Assembly: GCA_000004695.1 (NCBI GenBank)
Contig: CM000151.3
Span: 2,688,001 to 2,752,000, forward strand
DNA length: 64,000 nucleotides
Direction: 5' to 3'
Origin: Dictyostelium discoideum
Taxonomy: Eukaryota
Shown: positions 62,963 to 64,000 of the stretch, piece by piece
Layout: each line of letters begins with the position of its first letter
Position numbering within the stretch: position 1 is the stretch's first letter
Notes under the pieces: generated by a model
The model's database searches: none
Told to the model about the DNA's origin: nothing
Seen by the model: the letters and a program-made list of their open reading frames with translations, nothing else
Made by a program: the position numbers and the translations under genes

Positions 62963-64000
62963 ATGTATAAACTTAGTGATCCTTTTGATTATTTAAATGA
63001 TAACAGTTATTCAAATTCTAATCCAGAAGCTTTTTGGGATGAGGTTGCTAAAAAGAATGTTTTTTGGTAAATATATATCTTTTTTTTTCTTTGTTAAAAA
63101 AGAGATATTAAAATTAAAACAAAAACTAAGATTTTTAAAAATAAAAGGGAAAAAATGTATGATAAAGTTTATAGTGGCGATGAAATATATCCAGATTGGT
63201 TTAAAGGTGGTGAATTAAATACATGTTATAATTTATTAGACATTCATATTAAAAATCCTGCTAAAAGAGATCAAGATGCATTAATTTATGAATGTCCATA
63301 TTTAAAGAAAACAATTAAATTAACCTATTATCAATTATATGAAAAAGTATGTAAATTTTCAAGAGTTCTTTTAAACTTAAATGTTTCAAAAAATGATAAT
63401 GTTTTAATATTTATGGCAAATACATTAGAACCATTAATTGCAATGTTATCATGTGCTCGTATTGGTGCAACTCAATGTACATTATTCGATGGTTATTCGG
63501 TTAAAAGTTTAATAGATAGAATCGAAACAATTACACCAAAATTAATAATTACAACAAATTATGGTATTTTTAATGACGAAATCATTACATTTACACCAAA
63601 TTTAAAAGAAGCAATTGAATTATCAACTTTTAAACCAAGTAATGTAATTACTCTATTTAGAAATGAAGTTTTGGATGAAACAAAATTAAAAAAAGTTCAA
63701 AATATTCCAACTATTCCAAATACATTAAGTTGGTATGATGAAATTAAAAAATTAAAAGAAAATAATCAATCACCATTTTATGAATATGTACCAGTAGAAT
63801 CAAGTCATCCATTATATATACTTTATACAAGTGGCACAACTGGTAATACCAAAGCTGTTGTAAGAAGTAATGGTCCGCATATGGTTGGTATTAAATACTA
63901 TACATTCCGTAAAGAATCAGATATACCTCAAATTGTATTTTCAAATGCAAATATTGGGTGGGTATCATTTCATGGTTTCTTTTATGGTTTATTATCTGGA
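62963..64000 (+). CDS. ACSS3/PrpE-like acyl-CoA synthetase paralog K (partial, runs off the window end); exon 1 at 62963..63066, exon 2 from 63148
   Basis: Exon 1 (MYKLSDPFDYLNDNSYSNSNPEAFWDEVAKKNVFW, donor GTAAAT) and its intron are nearly identical to those of J. The visible exon 2 is more than 95% identical to J (MYDKVYSGDEIYPDWFKGGELNTCYNLLDIHIKNPAKRDQDALIYECPYL..). Confidence 0.8.

Overview
This window looks like AT-rich (roughly 75-80% A+T) nuclear DNA of a dictyostelid social amoeba, in Dictyostelium discoideum style. I base that on the long poly(A)/poly(T) intergenic tracts, the poly-Asn/Gln/Thr coding microsatellites, and the short AT-rich introns with GTAAGT/GTATGT donors and (T)nAG acceptors. 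It is not prokaryotic. I therefore made no CRISPR, operon, RBS or sigma-promoter calls and did not force a defence-system interpretation.

The first ~27.8 kb carries ordinary eukaryotic genes:
- casein kinase I (4 exons)
- an MFS (OFA/MCT-like) transporter
- a secreted GPI-anchored Thr/Pro-repeat glycoprotein
- a small secreted Cys-rich protein with a Gly/Ser linker
- a rhodanese plus dual-specificity phosphatase (MKP-like)
- MAD2 (3 exons)
- a BAF60/SMARCD SWIB-domain SWI/SNF subunit (3 exons)
- a long coiled-coil/low-complexity protein
- a CDK12/13-like 'PITAIRE' kinase (3 exons)
- TRAPPC10/Trs130 (5 exons)

From 27.9 kb to the end of the window the sequence is dominated by a family expansion of at least 11 tandem paralogs of a two-exon ACSS3/PrpE-like short-chain acyl-CoA synthetase (AMP-binding superfamily):
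- About 7 copies look intact: A, B, D, F, G, I, J. K is partial at the window edge.
- One copy (E) is divergent and frameshifted.
- Three copies are degraded or fragmentary: C, H, and the A-prime fragment.

Copies A-D lie on the minus strand and E-K on the plus strand. Between the two blocks is a central region holding an HPP-family membrane protein with giant poly-Asn tracts, a class-3 lipase, and a secreted LysM-like/3D-like protein. One acyl-CoA-synthetase-plus-HPP unit has been segmentally duplicated, leaving an HPP pseudogene fragment.

Other features are paralog-specific conserved upstream and downstream motifs, a roughly 1.1 kb element with 230-bp direct repeats around a poly(A)/GC-rich core (a TE-like or ncRNA candidate), a second GC-rich intergenic island, and many microsatellites.

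All coordinates are derived by hand from the ORF track and visual splice-site reading; exon boundaries may be off by a few nt.
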